Part shown: positions 26,172 to 35,813 of the stretch, one piece after another | How the letters are laid out: every line of letters starts with the position of its first letter | How positions within the stretch are numbered: the stretch's first letter is position 1 | Position numbers and translations under genes: made by a program | IMG/VR virus record: IMGVR_UViG_3300025971_000014 | Location: 1 to 55,132 of that record | DNA length: 55,132 nt | Direction: 5' to 3' (one strand) | DNA from: a virus | Lineage: Duplodnaviria; Caudoviricetes | The notes under the pieces: generated by a model | The model's database searches: none | The model's input: the letters and a program-made list of their open reading frames with translations, nothing else | What the model was told of the DNA's origin: nothing

Positions 26172-29100
26172 TTATATCCCGTCGCTCGAAGTAGTTGTGC
26201 CCTTGGCCGAGGTTGATCCCCGTGCCGTCCCTTTCCTCGCATCCGATCCGGCGTGCCCCCTTCTCGCGTCGGAGCCGATCACGTTCACCGGGAAGGAGTT
26301 GTTCACCAACGCCAGAATAGAATCATCATCCTCTCGAAGATCGGAATCCCCGAAGATGTCGGCCGTGACCGTCGAGGCCGAAACAGTATCCGCATCTTCA
26401 GTCTTCGCAAAACTCGCCGCAATGATCGCTGCGGCGTTGGAGACGACGATGTCTGCAGCCTCAAGGATCGCCGCCGAACCGACGATGGCGACCGCGACCG
26501 CAGAAGTGAGCTGATCGTCCTCCTCCTGAGGCAAGGCCGCGCCGCCGATGCTCGATACCGCTACCGAAGAGAGTTGGTCGTCGGCCTCTACCATCGCCGC
26601 GACAGCGATGAACGCGGTGGCCGCTGTTGCGTCTAGGCTATCGGCATCCTCGAAGAGCGCTGCGTCCGCGAACGACTCGTTCGTGATAACCAACCCGTCG
26701 GAGGCGAGCTGATCGGCGTCTTCGAACAAAGAGGCATCGGAGAAGATCGCCGCCCCTCCGGTCGAGGCGAGCGTGTCGGCATCTTCCGTAAGAGTGGCAG
26801 AGGCCGCTATCGCAACAGAGACCGCCGCGGTGAGCGTGTCTCCATCCTCGATCAGGGTGCCGGTGCCGACGATGGCAACCGCGACCGCCGAGGTCGTATA
26901 GTCCGCGTCTTCTAAGAGTGTTCCGGTGCCGGTGATCAGCACCGTCCCGGAGGAGGAAACTGAGTCCTCGGCCTCCCTCAGGTCTCCGGTAACGAATACC
27001 GCCGACCCGCCTTGGGAATCCAGCCGGTCGGATTCTTCCAGCAGAGCCGCAGATGCGATGACAGCGATAGCAACGGCTGAAGTCAGTGCGTCGGCGTCCT
27101 CGACCAGACTCACGGTCGCGCTTACGGAAACTGCGCCAGCCGAGGTGAGTTGATCCTCGTCCTCTGCCAGTGTCCCGGTCGCGGTGACGGTGACCGTAAC
27201 CGCAGAGCTCAGGGTGTCTTCGTCTTCCCTCAGGTCGGCGCTGGCGAAGGACGCCGTCCCACCCTCGGCCAGAAGGGTATCGGCATCTTCGATAAGCGCC
27301 GCATCGGCGATGATCGCAACCGCCACCGACGCCGCCAGCGAATCGTCGTCTTCCTGCAGTGCCGATGTTGCAGTGATCGCGACCGCAGTCGAGGCCGAAA
27401 GGGTATCTTCGTCCTCGAACAGCGCGGCATTTCCTGTCGCCGCCCCGGCTCCGGCCACCGTGCCCGAAGCGGAAAGGAAATCTTCATCCTCGAACAGCGC
27501 TGCGCTCGCTGTCAGTATCGCTGCCGAGATCGTTTCGTTGACGAATGGCCCGCCAGGGATGAAGGCTTGGCGTTCTAGTGTCTCGTTGAAATACTGCCAA
27601 CCGGGTATCTGACGTTCCGCACCGAGACCTATGAACGAGGAAAGTGTATCCCCGTCTTCAAACAGCGCAGCATCGCCGGTAACTGCACCCGCACTCGCGA
27701 CCGTCCCGCTTGCGGAGAGCGCGTCCGCATCCTCTAAGAGCGCGGCATCTCCGGTAACCGCTCCGGTGCCCGTGACGGTTCCATCGGACGCGAGAGTATC
27801 CTCGCCCTCGAAGAGTGCCGCCGTCGCGGTGAAGCCAGCCGAAATCGTCTCGTCTAGATATGGACCTCCAGGTATCTGGACTTGGAAGGTTCCGGTTTCG
27901 TTGACGCCTTGCCAACCCGGGATCTGAACGAAGGTGCGAGTTATTGCTGTCGCAACGGTGCCTGCAGCACTGAGCGCGTCCTCATCCTCGAACAACAAGG
28001 CGTCCCCGACGATTGTGCCGGCGGAAGTAACTGTCCCGTCTGAGGCGAGACTATCCTCGTCCTCGAACAGATTGGAAACTGCGTCAACCGCAACCGCGCC
28101 AAGAGAGACTAGACTGTCGTCATCCTCAAAGAGCGTCGTATCAGAAACGATCCCAGCGCCGGCCGATGCGGTAAGATTATCTTCATCTTCCTGCAGCGCA
28201 GAAGTTGCGGTGACGAGGACGGCGCTACTGCTCGATACCTGGTCATCGCCCTCAAGCAGCTCGGCGGTCGTGGTGATCTGAGCCGCGGCCGAAGCCGAAA
28301 GCGCGTCATCATCTTCAAACAATGCAGCATCGCCAGTGACTGCACCACCCGCCACCGTGCCATCTGCTGAAAGCGTATCTTCGTCTTCAAAGAGCGTTAC
28401 AGTAGCAGTGAAACCTGCAGAGATCGTCTCATCGAGATACGGTCCACCAGGTATCTGAACCTGGAACGACCCGGTTTCATTAATGCCCTGCCAGCCCGGA
28501 ATCTGGACGAAAGTCCGCGTAAGCTGATCGGCGACCGTCCCGATCCCAGAGAGAAGATCATCGTCCTCGAGAACCGCGGTCTCGGCAACGATTGATACTG
28601 AACCCGAGCCGTCTAGATAATCATCGCCCTCTTGGAGGCTGGCGTCGCCCGTAATCTCTCCGCCTGTCACCTCGCCCGAGGCGGCGAGCGAATCATCGCC
28701 TTCGAGGATCGCCGCATTTGCGGTGGGACCCTCGAATATCGGGCGTAGAACCAGCGTTTGCCAATTCCACGTATCCGGTCCGACCGCGGTCTGCTCCCAC
28801 GTCGGCATCGTGACCGAGCCAGCGGAGGCGACCAGTCGATACGCCATGCCGAGTGCGGCGTCGCTGCCAGACGTGGAGTCGTATCCGCTGCCGCTGATCG
28901 CGCTTAACGTGAAGCTCTGCTCCGACCCTGAAAGTAGGCCGAGCGCGTTATTGTCCGAAGAGGTGGCGAGCGAGACCACCATGCAGCCGTCGACTTCGGC
29001 GATGACGGTCTCGGGCGTAATCGTGCTCGCCGCGGACCCGGTGCCTTGTGAGACATCGGGAGAGTGCGCCCCCGCGAACGGGTTATCTGTGTCGACGCCG

Positions 29101-29441
29101 CGGAACGCCATCGCGGCGGCCCAGATACCGCCGCCGGTTCCTGTTTCGCACTCAAGCTGCAGCGTCACCGACGTCGGCGTCGGCGACCCTATGAACGACC
29201 AGTAGACCGCCTGGTAGGCCCCGGCAGGTCCGTAATCGATGAAAAGCTCTTCGCCCCTTCGCTCGAATCCCGCCGGTATCCCGCTCGGGCTGATTTGGTC
29301 CGTCGTCGCCGGGGTATCGCCACCCGCCGCGACCAGCAGGATGACTAGGTCTCCCGATTGCGTGTTGGTCGGGAGCGTGATCGCGACGGCGCTGGTTGTG
29401 ACCTCTGAGAACGGTCCTACGCCGACGAGGCTGATCGCCAT
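26172..29441 (-). CDS. Acidic repeat protein, putative fibre scaffold
   Basis: N-terminal globular domain, then about 32 repeats of 23-28 aa (L.EDxD.L.A.G.V) with three QIPGW..QIPGGP inserts. Confidence 0.8.
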   Translation of the reverse strand: MAISLVGVGPFSEVTTSAVAITLPTNTQSGDLVILLVAAGGDTPATTDQISPSGIPAGFERRGEELFIDYGPAGAYQAVYWSFIGSPTPTSVTLQLECETGTGGGIWAAAMAFRGVDTDNPFAGAHSPDVSQGTGSAASTITPETVIAEVDGCMVVSLATSSDNNALGLLSGSEQSFTLSAISGSGYDSTSGSDAALGMAYRLVASAGSVTMPTWEQTAVGPDTWNWQTLVLRPIFEGPTANAAILEGDDSLAASGEVTGGEITGDASLQEGDDYLDGSGSVSIVAETAVLEDDDLLSGIGTVADQLTRTFVQIPGWQGINETGSFQVQIPGGPYLDETISAGFTATVTLFEDEDTLSADGTVAGGAVTGDAALFEDDDALSASAAAQITTTAELLEGDDQVSSSSAVLVTATSALQEDEDNLTASAGAGIVSDTTLFEDDDSLVSLGAVAVDAVSNLFEDEDSLASDGTVTSAGTIVGDALLFEDEDALSAAGTVATAITRTFVQIPGWQGVNETGTFQVQIPGGPYLDETISAGFTATAALFEGEDTLASDGTVTGTGAVTGDAALLEDADALSASGTVASAGAVTGDAALFEDGDTLSSFIGLGAERQIPGWQYFNETLERQAFIPGGPFVNETISAAILTASAALFEDEDFLSASGTVAGAGAATGNAALFEDEDTLSASTAVAITATSALQEDDDSLAASVAVAIIADAALIEDADTLLAEGGTASFASADLREDEDTLSSAVTVTVTATGTLAEDEDQLTSAGAVSVSATVSLVEDADALTSAVAIAVIASAALLEESDRLDSQGGSAVFVTGDLREAEDSVSSSGTVLITGTGTLLEDADYTTSAVAVAIVGTGTLIEDGDTLTAAVSVAIAASATLTEDADTLASTGGAAIFSDASLFEDADQLASDGLVITNESFADAALFEDADSLDATAATAFIAVAAMVEADDQLSSVAVSSIGGAALPQEEDDQLTSAVAVAIVGSAAILEAADIVVSNAAAIIAASFAKTEDADTVSASTVTADIFGDSDLREDDDSILALVNNSFPVNVIGSDARRGHAGSDARKGTARGSTSAKGTTTSSDGI

Positions 29442-29466
29442 TTATTTAAAAGAACGCTGTTATATC

Positions 29467-30852
29467 TCAGCTCACCTGAAGCATCGGATCGACATAGACA
29501 GTATATGAAGCCTTCGTCATCTTCACGATGCCGTGGATATAGCCCTTCTCCTGGGGCGTGATCGTCACCGATAGCTTCTGAGTCACCGGGTTGGACATCC
29601 CGGTCGTCGTCCAGCTCGCGACAGATGAATCCTGATCCTTCGCTGCCGCGAGATAGTCGCTCTCGTTCGGCGAACCGGAACTTGCCGCATCGGTTGCGAA
29701 CACTCCGAGCGGATAACCTGCTGTACCTAGGTATTGCACTTCCAGCCAGATGTCGCGATCAGTCAGGTTAACGGATGGCGACCCACCCTGCGCACCGTCA
29801 TGGAGGATGTCTACAGCAACCGTGATGGGAGATCCAGTCACCTCGTTCCAGCGGACGATCTCTGCTGTATTCAGAGTCTGATGATTCCACTCTGGATTCG
29901 CATTCGACACCATTTTCCATGAGTATGCGGTCGTCCCGTTCGATGCGCCACCGTTGCGAACTTTCGTCACTTCGCTGGTAATCGCACCGAAGATAGTCTT
30001 GCGTTCATAACGGTAATTCGTGCTGGTCGAGTCGCTGTTGTGAAATTCAAAGATCGAGCCTGGTCCCGGCGTTCCAGCATTCACCGATCCAGTCCAAGAA
30101 GCCGGAAATTTGCAATTACGGAAATGCAAGAAATTACTACCATTACTGTTATTTACCAAATTCATGGTACTGGACATGCTAGACATGTCAAAACCCTCAG
30201 CAACGATGGTGGCGCTGTTTGACATATTCATGAGCAAACTGGGAGTTGTCCCAGACAATACGGAACCGCCGCTAATCTTGGCAGGGCTTTCTCCGATATT
30301 GAGTTTCTGTCCTGTATTAGAAAATTTGAAATGACAATGCTGACAAACAACTTCCCCAAATCCACCGGTTCCAGCGAGCGTTAGGACAGAACTACTGCTA
30401 GTATTGGCGAGGTAAAATGTGCAGACCTCATAAATCGTGCTGCCCTGACCATGTCCCAGCCTAATATCACTCGCTGAACTAGATCCAACGCCAGCCCGGA
30501 AAGTCATTCCATAGATATAAACAAAATCACTGCTACTCGTAATGAATATATCTGCCGTAGCCCCGGTGGTCTCAATCACTGCGGTGGTGGCTAATGTCGT
30601 TGGAGGTTCAGCCGAGCTATCAGCACAAATTATCCTGATCGGAGAAGTTGCGGTCCCCGGCCAATCCAAAACTAGATCAGCGGCAGTGGATTCTGCATGG
30701 GCGTGACTCACCCAAACTGTATCCCCAGCCTGAACTCCGATATTCGGAGAGCCTGCGGCTGAGGCTTCACTGAGCGTCCTATATGCTGTCGCCCATGTCA
30801 GGCCATCGGTTGGAGAACCAGTGGCATTGGAATCGACGTATCGGTTCGTCAT
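29467..30852 (-). CDS. Ser/Thr/Gly-rich virion protein, paralogue 3 (beta-helix-like)
   Basis: YVDSN..DGLTWATAY start, conserved C-terminus YVDP; 5 GSP. Confidence 0.75.
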   Translation of the reverse strand: MTNRYVDSNATGSPTDGLTWATAYRTLSEASAAGSPNIGVQAGDTVWVSHAHAESTAADLVLDWPGTATSPIRIICADSSAEPPTTLATTAVIETTGATADIFITSSSDFVYIYGMTFRAGVGSSSASDIRLGHGQGSTIYEVCTFYLANTSSSSVLTLAGTGGFGEVVCQHCHFKFSNTGQKLNIGESPAKISGGSVLSGTTPSLLMNMSNSATIVAEGFDMSSMSSTMNLVNNSNGSNFLHFRNCKFPASWTGSVNAGTPGPGSIFEFHNSDSTSTNYRYERKTIFGAITSEVTKVRNGGASNGTTAYSWKMVSNANPEWNHQTLNTAEIVRWNEVTGSPITVAVDILHDGAQGGSPSVNLTDRDIWLEVQYLGTAGYPLGVFATDAASSGSPNESDYLAAAKDQDSSVASWTTTGMSNPVTQKLSVTITPQEKGYIHGIVKMTKASYTVYVDPMLQVS

Positions 30853-32213
30853 CAGTTGATCGTGATTAGCGGATCAACATAGACCGTATAGGACGGCTTC
30901 GCAAGTTTCACGACGGCATGGATGTAACCCTTTACTTGGGCCGTAAAGCTCACGGATAACTTCTGTGTCACAGGATTCGACATTCCCGTAGTCGTCCAAG
31001 TTGCGCTTGAATTTTCTTGTTCCGTCTCAGTTCCAAGATAATTCACTTCAAGCGGAGAGCCTGAAGACGCCGCATCGCTTGCGAAGAGAGACAGTGGAAA
31101 TCCGCTCGTCCCGAGATATTGAACGTCGAGCCAGATCTCCTTGTTCGTCAATGATACTGAGGGTGAACCCCCCTGTGATCCATCGTGCAAGATCTCGACT
31201 GTTACCGTAATAACAGAACCAGTGATATCATTCCAGCGAGAGATCTCGCTGGTTTCTAAAACGCGGTGGCTCCATTGTGCATTTGTGTTCGATACCAACT
31301 TCCAGGACAAAGCCGTTGTTCTATCTGATGCACCACTAGTGCGTACTATTGTTCGTTCACTATCAATGATCCCAAATGTTGTTTTGCGTTGATAACGATA
31401 GTTAGTATCGGTTGAATCAGTATTATGAAGTTCGTAAATAGAGCCCGGACCAGGTGTGGAAGCATTTACAGATCCGCTCCACGAAGCAGGTAATTTACAA
31501 TTTCTAACCTGCAAATAACCAGAGACACCCGTGATTTGCGCTAAATTCATCGTCGATGCCATGTTAGACATATCAAAAGATTCAACGATAATTATGCCAG
31601 TTGATCCGGGACTAAATAAGACAGAGGGCGTTGTTCCTGCTAATACGGACCCACCACTGATCGTAGCGTAACTTTCAGTTATACTGATTCCCTGGCTTAT
31701 ATGTGAAAATTCAAAATGACAATTGCGACAAAGCGATTCACCAAATCCCCCAGTACTTGAGAGCTTAATTCCGGATGCGTTATTGGTGGTGGCAACATGA
31801 AACGTGCAGGCATCATAGATTATAATGCCATTAGCATTTTGCAATATAAGATCAGCGGACAGGGTACTTCCGGCACCGACCCGGATCGTTAGCCCATACA
31901 TATAAAAAGAATTGTCCGAGAATGATGCAGCGATTGTCATACCACCTGTGCTTTCAACAATTCCGGTCGTTGCAAGAGCAATAGGTGGTTCAGCTGAATC
32001 GTTGCCACAAAGTATTCTAATCGGAGATGTCGGGGTTCCAGCAACAGTCAAAATGAAACCACCGCCAGATTCTGCATGTGTATGACTCACCCAGATTGTG
32101 TCACCAGCAACTGCTACAGAAGCCGCTTCAGTGAGTTTGTTATAGGCTGTTGCCCAGGTTAAGCCATCTGGTGGACTGCTAGTCGCACTCGATTTGACAT
32201 ATATGTTTGCCAT
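30852..32213 (-). CDS. Ser/Thr/Gly-rich virion protein, paralogue 2
   Basis: Same architecture; 2 GSP. Confidence 0.75.
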   Translation of the reverse strand: MANIYVKSSATSSPPDGLTWATAYNKLTEAASVAVAGDTIWVSHTHAESGGGFILTVAGTPTSPIRILCGNDSAEPPIALATTGIVESTGGMTIAASFSDNSFYMYGLTIRVGAGSTLSADLILQNANGIIIYDACTFHVATTNNASGIKLSSTGGFGESLCRNCHFEFSHISQGISITESYATISGGSVLAGTTPSVLFSPGSTGIIIVESFDMSNMASTMNLAQITGVSGYLQVRNCKLPASWSGSVNASTPGPGSIYELHNTDSTDTNYRYQRKTTFGIIDSERTIVRTSGASDRTTALSWKLVSNTNAQWSHRVLETSEISRWNDITGSVITVTVEILHDGSQGGSPSVSLTNKEIWLDVQYLGTSGFPLSLFASDAASSGSPLEVNYLGTETEQENSSATWTTTGMSNPVTQKLSVSFTAQVKGYIHAVVKLAKPSYTVYVDPLITIN

Positions 32214-33577
32214 CAGCTCACTTGCAGCACAGGATCAACATAGCAGGTGTAACTGGCTTTAGCCATCTTCACCACGCCATGGATGAAGCCCTTCTCTCTA
32301 GGGGTGATCGTCACAGAGAGTTTCTGCGTGATCGGATTCGACATTCCCGTGGTCGTCCATATGGCAGATGAAGTCTCCTGATCCATCGCAGTAGCGAGAT
32401 AGTTGCTCTCATAAGGCGAGCCGGAAGAAGCCGCATCAGTGGCAAAGAGCGATAGTGGAAAGCCCGAAGTCCCGAGGTATTGCACCTCCAGCCAGATATC
32501 TCGATCTGTAAGAGGTACGGAGGGTGAACCGCCCTGTGCACCATCGTGGAGGAAGTCAACGGTTATTGTAATTGGTGAATCGATTGTCTCGTTCCAGCGG
32601 ACGATCTCGGACGAGTCTAATGTCAAATGATTCCATTCTGCATCGGCATTCGTCTCCATCCTCCAACTTAATGCTGTTGTTCCATCAGATGCGCCACCAT
32701 TCTTAACGACCGTAGTTTCACTCGTCAATGTACCGCACATATTTTGTCTTATGGATCGGTAGTTAGAATCTGTGGAATCTACGTTTTGTAATGTCCAATC
32801 CGCACCCGAACCTGGCACAGAAGCATTAAGGCTTCCAGTCCAAGAACTTGGGAGCTTGCAATTTCGTATCGCAATCTTAAGGTCGCTCAGAGTAGAATTC
32901 CCGATATTTACGCTAGATGATACATTTGTTAAATCGATACCTTCGATAAGGCACTCCGCAGCAGTCCCAATAGTTGCAAGTAATGTCGTGATTTCAGTGT
33001 CTGCCAAAATAACCCCACCTTTTATGGCACATTTGCTTTGAGCGTTGAATCCTTGGCCAGTGGAAGAAAATTGGAATTCGCAATTTCTCAATTCGCCGTA
33101 AGCACTAGCGTTACTGGTCGGAATAATTCTGTTGTTTGCGTTAGTGCTAACGAGATCGAGGATACAGGTATCTATTGTTACTTGTGATCCAGTAGTCACA
33201 GATGCAGTGATGCTCGCTCCGCTCGAACTAGATCCAGCACGCACAGTCAAACCATATATATATCCACTACCTGTATTCATCAAGGTAATGGGACCAACAC
33301 CGCTTGTAACTATACTAGCTCCCGTTGCTATCACTGTCGGTGGTTCACCACTATCGCTTCGCGCGCAGATAATTCGGGTTGGATCTGCAATGGTGCCCGC
33401 CCAACTCAGAGATAAAGTTCCAGCAGTCGTTTCTGAATGATTGTGCGCAACCCAGATCGTATCGCCTGCGACGTCGACCGCAGCCGCATCAACGAGCTTC
33501 TGGAATGCTGTGGTCCATGTCGTGCCATCATTCGGGCTACCAACTGCGTTGGAATCAACATAGATATTTGCCATCAT
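32213..33577 (-). CDS. Ser/Thr/Gly-rich virion protein, paralogue 1
   Basis: Same architecture; 3 GSP. Confidence 0.75.
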   Translation of the reverse strand: MMANIYVDSNAVGSPNDGTTWTTAFQKLVDAAAVDVAGDTIWVAHNHSETTAGTLSLSWAGTIADPTRIICARSDSGEPPTVIATGASIVTSGVGPITLMNTGSGYIYGLTVRAGSSSSGASITASVTTGSQVTIDTCILDLVSTNANNRIIPTSNASAYGELRNCEFQFSSTGQGFNAQSKCAIKGGVILADTEITTLLATIGTAAECLIEGIDLTNVSSSVNIGNSTLSDLKIAIRNCKLPSSWTGSLNASVPGSGADWTLQNVDSTDSNYRSIRQNMCGTLTSETTVVKNGGASDGTTALSWRMETNADAEWNHLTLDSSEIVRWNETIDSPITITVDFLHDGAQGGSPSVPLTDRDIWLEVQYLGTSGFPLSLFATDAASSGSPYESNYLATAMDQETSSAIWTTTGMSNPITQKLSVTITPREKGFIHGVVKMAKASYTCYVDPVLQVS

Positions 33578-33822
33578 TCACCCATCATGGTGTTACGGGC
33601 CATCGAATATCCTCACCCCGTAGCTCGAGGCCCGGTAACCGCCGACCAGTGCGATGATCGCGAGAGCCCGAGGGACCCCGTGATCCTCCATCCAGTCGGC
33701 GGTCGCCTCGACCCCGATGACGTAGCGCAACGCCCGCGCTCGCTCAAAGAGCACAGACCCATCCTTGACCGGCGACGCAGCTCTATGAGGATAGAGCCAC
33801 GCCGCGGAGAGGGGATGCACGA

Positions 33823-34239
33823 CTACGCGTTGTTCGCAGTGATCGTGAAGGTCGAGACCGTTACCGTCTGCCCACTCGACACAGAGGTATTGTCCAGCCC
33901 CATGTCCGGAGTCGGCGAGGAGCCCGTGGTGTCGATGTTCCCCTGGATCTGGCCGACGTCGGTCGGCGAGCCGTTGGTGATGCGGAAATAACCCGCGGTT
34001 CCAGTGCCGACGGCGGTGGCGCTCCAGGTCCCAGACTTGGCCTTTGTGCCTGAAGATGCGGCGGCCATCCAGTCCGAAGGCAGAGGGATCGCGACGAGCA
34101 GCGTCCCGGTCGGAGCCGCAGAAGGGCCGCCGGACGGAGCACCCCCGGTGTAGATCAATAGGCTCGGCGCGGTGCCGATGGAAGTCTCGATAGCGTCGAG
34201 ACGCGCGTTGTTTACGGTGGTCGTGTAACGGAGTGCCAT
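33823..34239 (-). CDS. Small beta-rich virion protein (fibre subunit candidate)
   Basis: AGGAG RBS; NARLDAI..IYTG..P..GTA.YFRI..QG..DNTS; 1 GSP plus GSSP. Confidence 0.75.
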   Translation of the reverse strand: MALRYTTTVNNARLDAIETSIGTAPSLLIYTGGAPSGGPSAAPTGTLLVAIPLPSDWMAAASSGTKAKSGTWSATAVGTGTAGYFRITNGSPTDVGQIQGNIDTTGSSPTPDMGLDNTSVSSGQTVTVSTFTITANNA

Positions 34240-34260
34240 GGTTAAGCTCCTTCAGGTTGG

Positions 34261-34860
34261 CTACGGGGTGAGGTAAAACTCGCGCTCGTGCCTGGCAGAG
34301 GCGCCGCACAAGCCGATCCATTCCGGACGGGCAGGGGTGAACTCGCCCGTCGCGTTGAAAAATTCACGGTGCATCACATACAAGACTGGCCGCGATCCGA
34401 AGACGGCGGCCAGCAATTCGGTCCTCGCCGACTCGGGCGAGTTTGGCTCCGACACGGTCCAGCCATCGAGCGTCCGGAACCAAGGCGCCAGATTCTTCGA
34501 GTGCTGTGGCCCTTGTCCCTTGCCCTTGCCCACGACCGCGATGACGACGAGCGGCAGGTTCATCTTCGTCCTCATCGGCCACACCGGGATGTGGTTCACC
34601 AACGGGTCCATCCCGACGGCGAGGAAGTCCATCCGCTCGTGAACGACAATCGGGCGGAAGCCCGCGAGAGAGAGTCCCATCGCCGAGGCGTTTAGAAGGT
34701 TCTCGCAGGTCGGCATCGTTATGACCTGCTGCGGATAACGGTCGGCCAGACCCTTAGTCATGCCGCCGAGGCCGTATTTCACTAGCTGCCCCAAAAGCAA
34801 AACGGAGGCGTCCTCCAGAGCCTCCGTCAGCGCAGCGTGAACCGATTCTAAGAAAGTCAT
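34261..34860 (-). CDS. ThDP-dependent enzyme, E1-beta/transketolase pyrimidine-binding subunit (short)
   Basis: LLGQ.V..TKGL..MPTCEN..GLSLAGFRP..DF..D.LVN..GPQHS; lacks the C-terminal domain. Confidence 0.85.
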   Translation of the reverse strand: MTFLESVHAALTEALEDASVLLLGQLVKYGLGGMTKGLADRYPQQVITMPTCENLLNASAMGLSLAGFRPIVVHERMDFLAVGMDPLVNHIPVWPMRTKMNLPLVVIAVVGKGKGQGPQHSKNLAPWFRTLDGWTVSEPNSPESARTELLAAVFGSRPVLYVMHREFFNATGEFTPARPEWIGLCGASARHEREFYLTP

Positions 34861-35546
34861 TTATCCTGAATGATCTCCATCGCAGATACGTGATTGCACT
34901 CGCGCTCGCAGAAGAACTCGACGAACGCCGGCAGCGCCTCGCGATCAGCGAGGCCATCCCATAGTCCATCAAGTCCTGTCAGCCATGGGATCCCAAAAGC
35001 TTCGACCCGATTCTTCAACGGCGTCGCCTGGCGCAGCCTGATCGGAGAGTGAACCGAAAGGCCGTTGTTTTCGCAGATGTAGATCACGGGCAGCTCATGG
35101 AGCGCTGAGAAGTTCAATGATTCCCAAGCAATTCCTTGTTCCATCGCAGCGTCCCCGATACAGCACGCGACGATGGCCGATGACTTCTTAAGCTTCAATC
35201 CCAGGGCTGTCCCCGTCGCGACGCCGATCAGTCCACCGACCACTGCAGTCGAATGGAAATTGATCGCAGGTTCGCAGAACGATTGACTTCCGGAGAAGCC
35301 GCCGTTTAGACCAGTCTGCCTACCCTCGATTTCGTGGAGCAGCCTGACCTCGCTGCCGCCCTTCGCCAAAAAATGGCCGTGCGAGCGATGAGTGGAGAAC
35401 AGGAAGTCCTCAGGCTTCAGGAAACGATGCAACGCATCCGGGACCTGCTCCTGCCCGAGGCACAGATGCACGGAGCAGTTGAACTCCGGCATCCGCTTCT
35501 GCAACATCAACTCGAACGCACGCAGGCGCTCAACAAACGAGCTCAC
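34857..35546 (-). CDS. ThDP-dependent enzyme, E1-alpha-like subunit
   Basis: HLCLGQE, STHRSHGH, GDAAMEQG..ENN ThDP motif. Confidence 0.9.
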   Translation of the reverse strand: MSSFVERLRAFELMLQKRMPEFNCSVHLCLGQEQVPDALHRFLKPEDFLFSTHRSHGHFLAKGGSEVRLLHEIEGRQTGLNGGFSGSQSFCEPAINFHSTAVVGGLIGVATGTALGLKLKKSSAIVACCIGDAAMEQGIAWESLNFSALHELPVIYICENNGLSVHSPIRLRQATPLKNRVEAFGIPWLTGLDGLWDGLADREALPAFVEFFCERECNHVSAMEIIQDK

Positions 35547-35812
35547 AGGATCGTCTTCTTGTATCCCATCGCCTTCAGCGCGCGCCAGCAAGCGCCATAG
35601 AGCAGGGAATAACCCTGCGAGACCCCATCCACGTAGATGTGGGCAAGCTCCGCCGTCTCATTGTCCCGGCGCCCGAGAATCGCCGCCCCGTGGACCCCGG
35701 TTTCATCCTGCACACCGATCGCGCAGATCGCCTCGACCGGGGCCTTGTAGTGTCTTTCATGGGAAGCCAGGAACGCCTCGGCCTCCTTCACCGAGAGCGG
35801 GACGGTCTCCAC
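35543..35812 (-). CDS. Short XF1762-like protein (possibly truncated)
   Basis: EAEAFLASHERH..IGV..GAAILGR..SLLYGACWRALKAMGY; family assigned from memory. Confidence 0.55.
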   Translation of the reverse strand: METVPLSVKEAEAFLASHERHYKAPVEAICAIGVQDETGVHGAAILGRRDNETAELAHIYVDGVSQGYSLLYGACWRALKAMGYKKTIL

Positions 35813-35813
35813 C

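Noticed and set aside
29467-33577. Diversity-generating retroelement acting on the three paralogues
   Set aside because: No reverse transcriptase ORF and no non-coding template repeat seen; the differences look like ordinary divergence.
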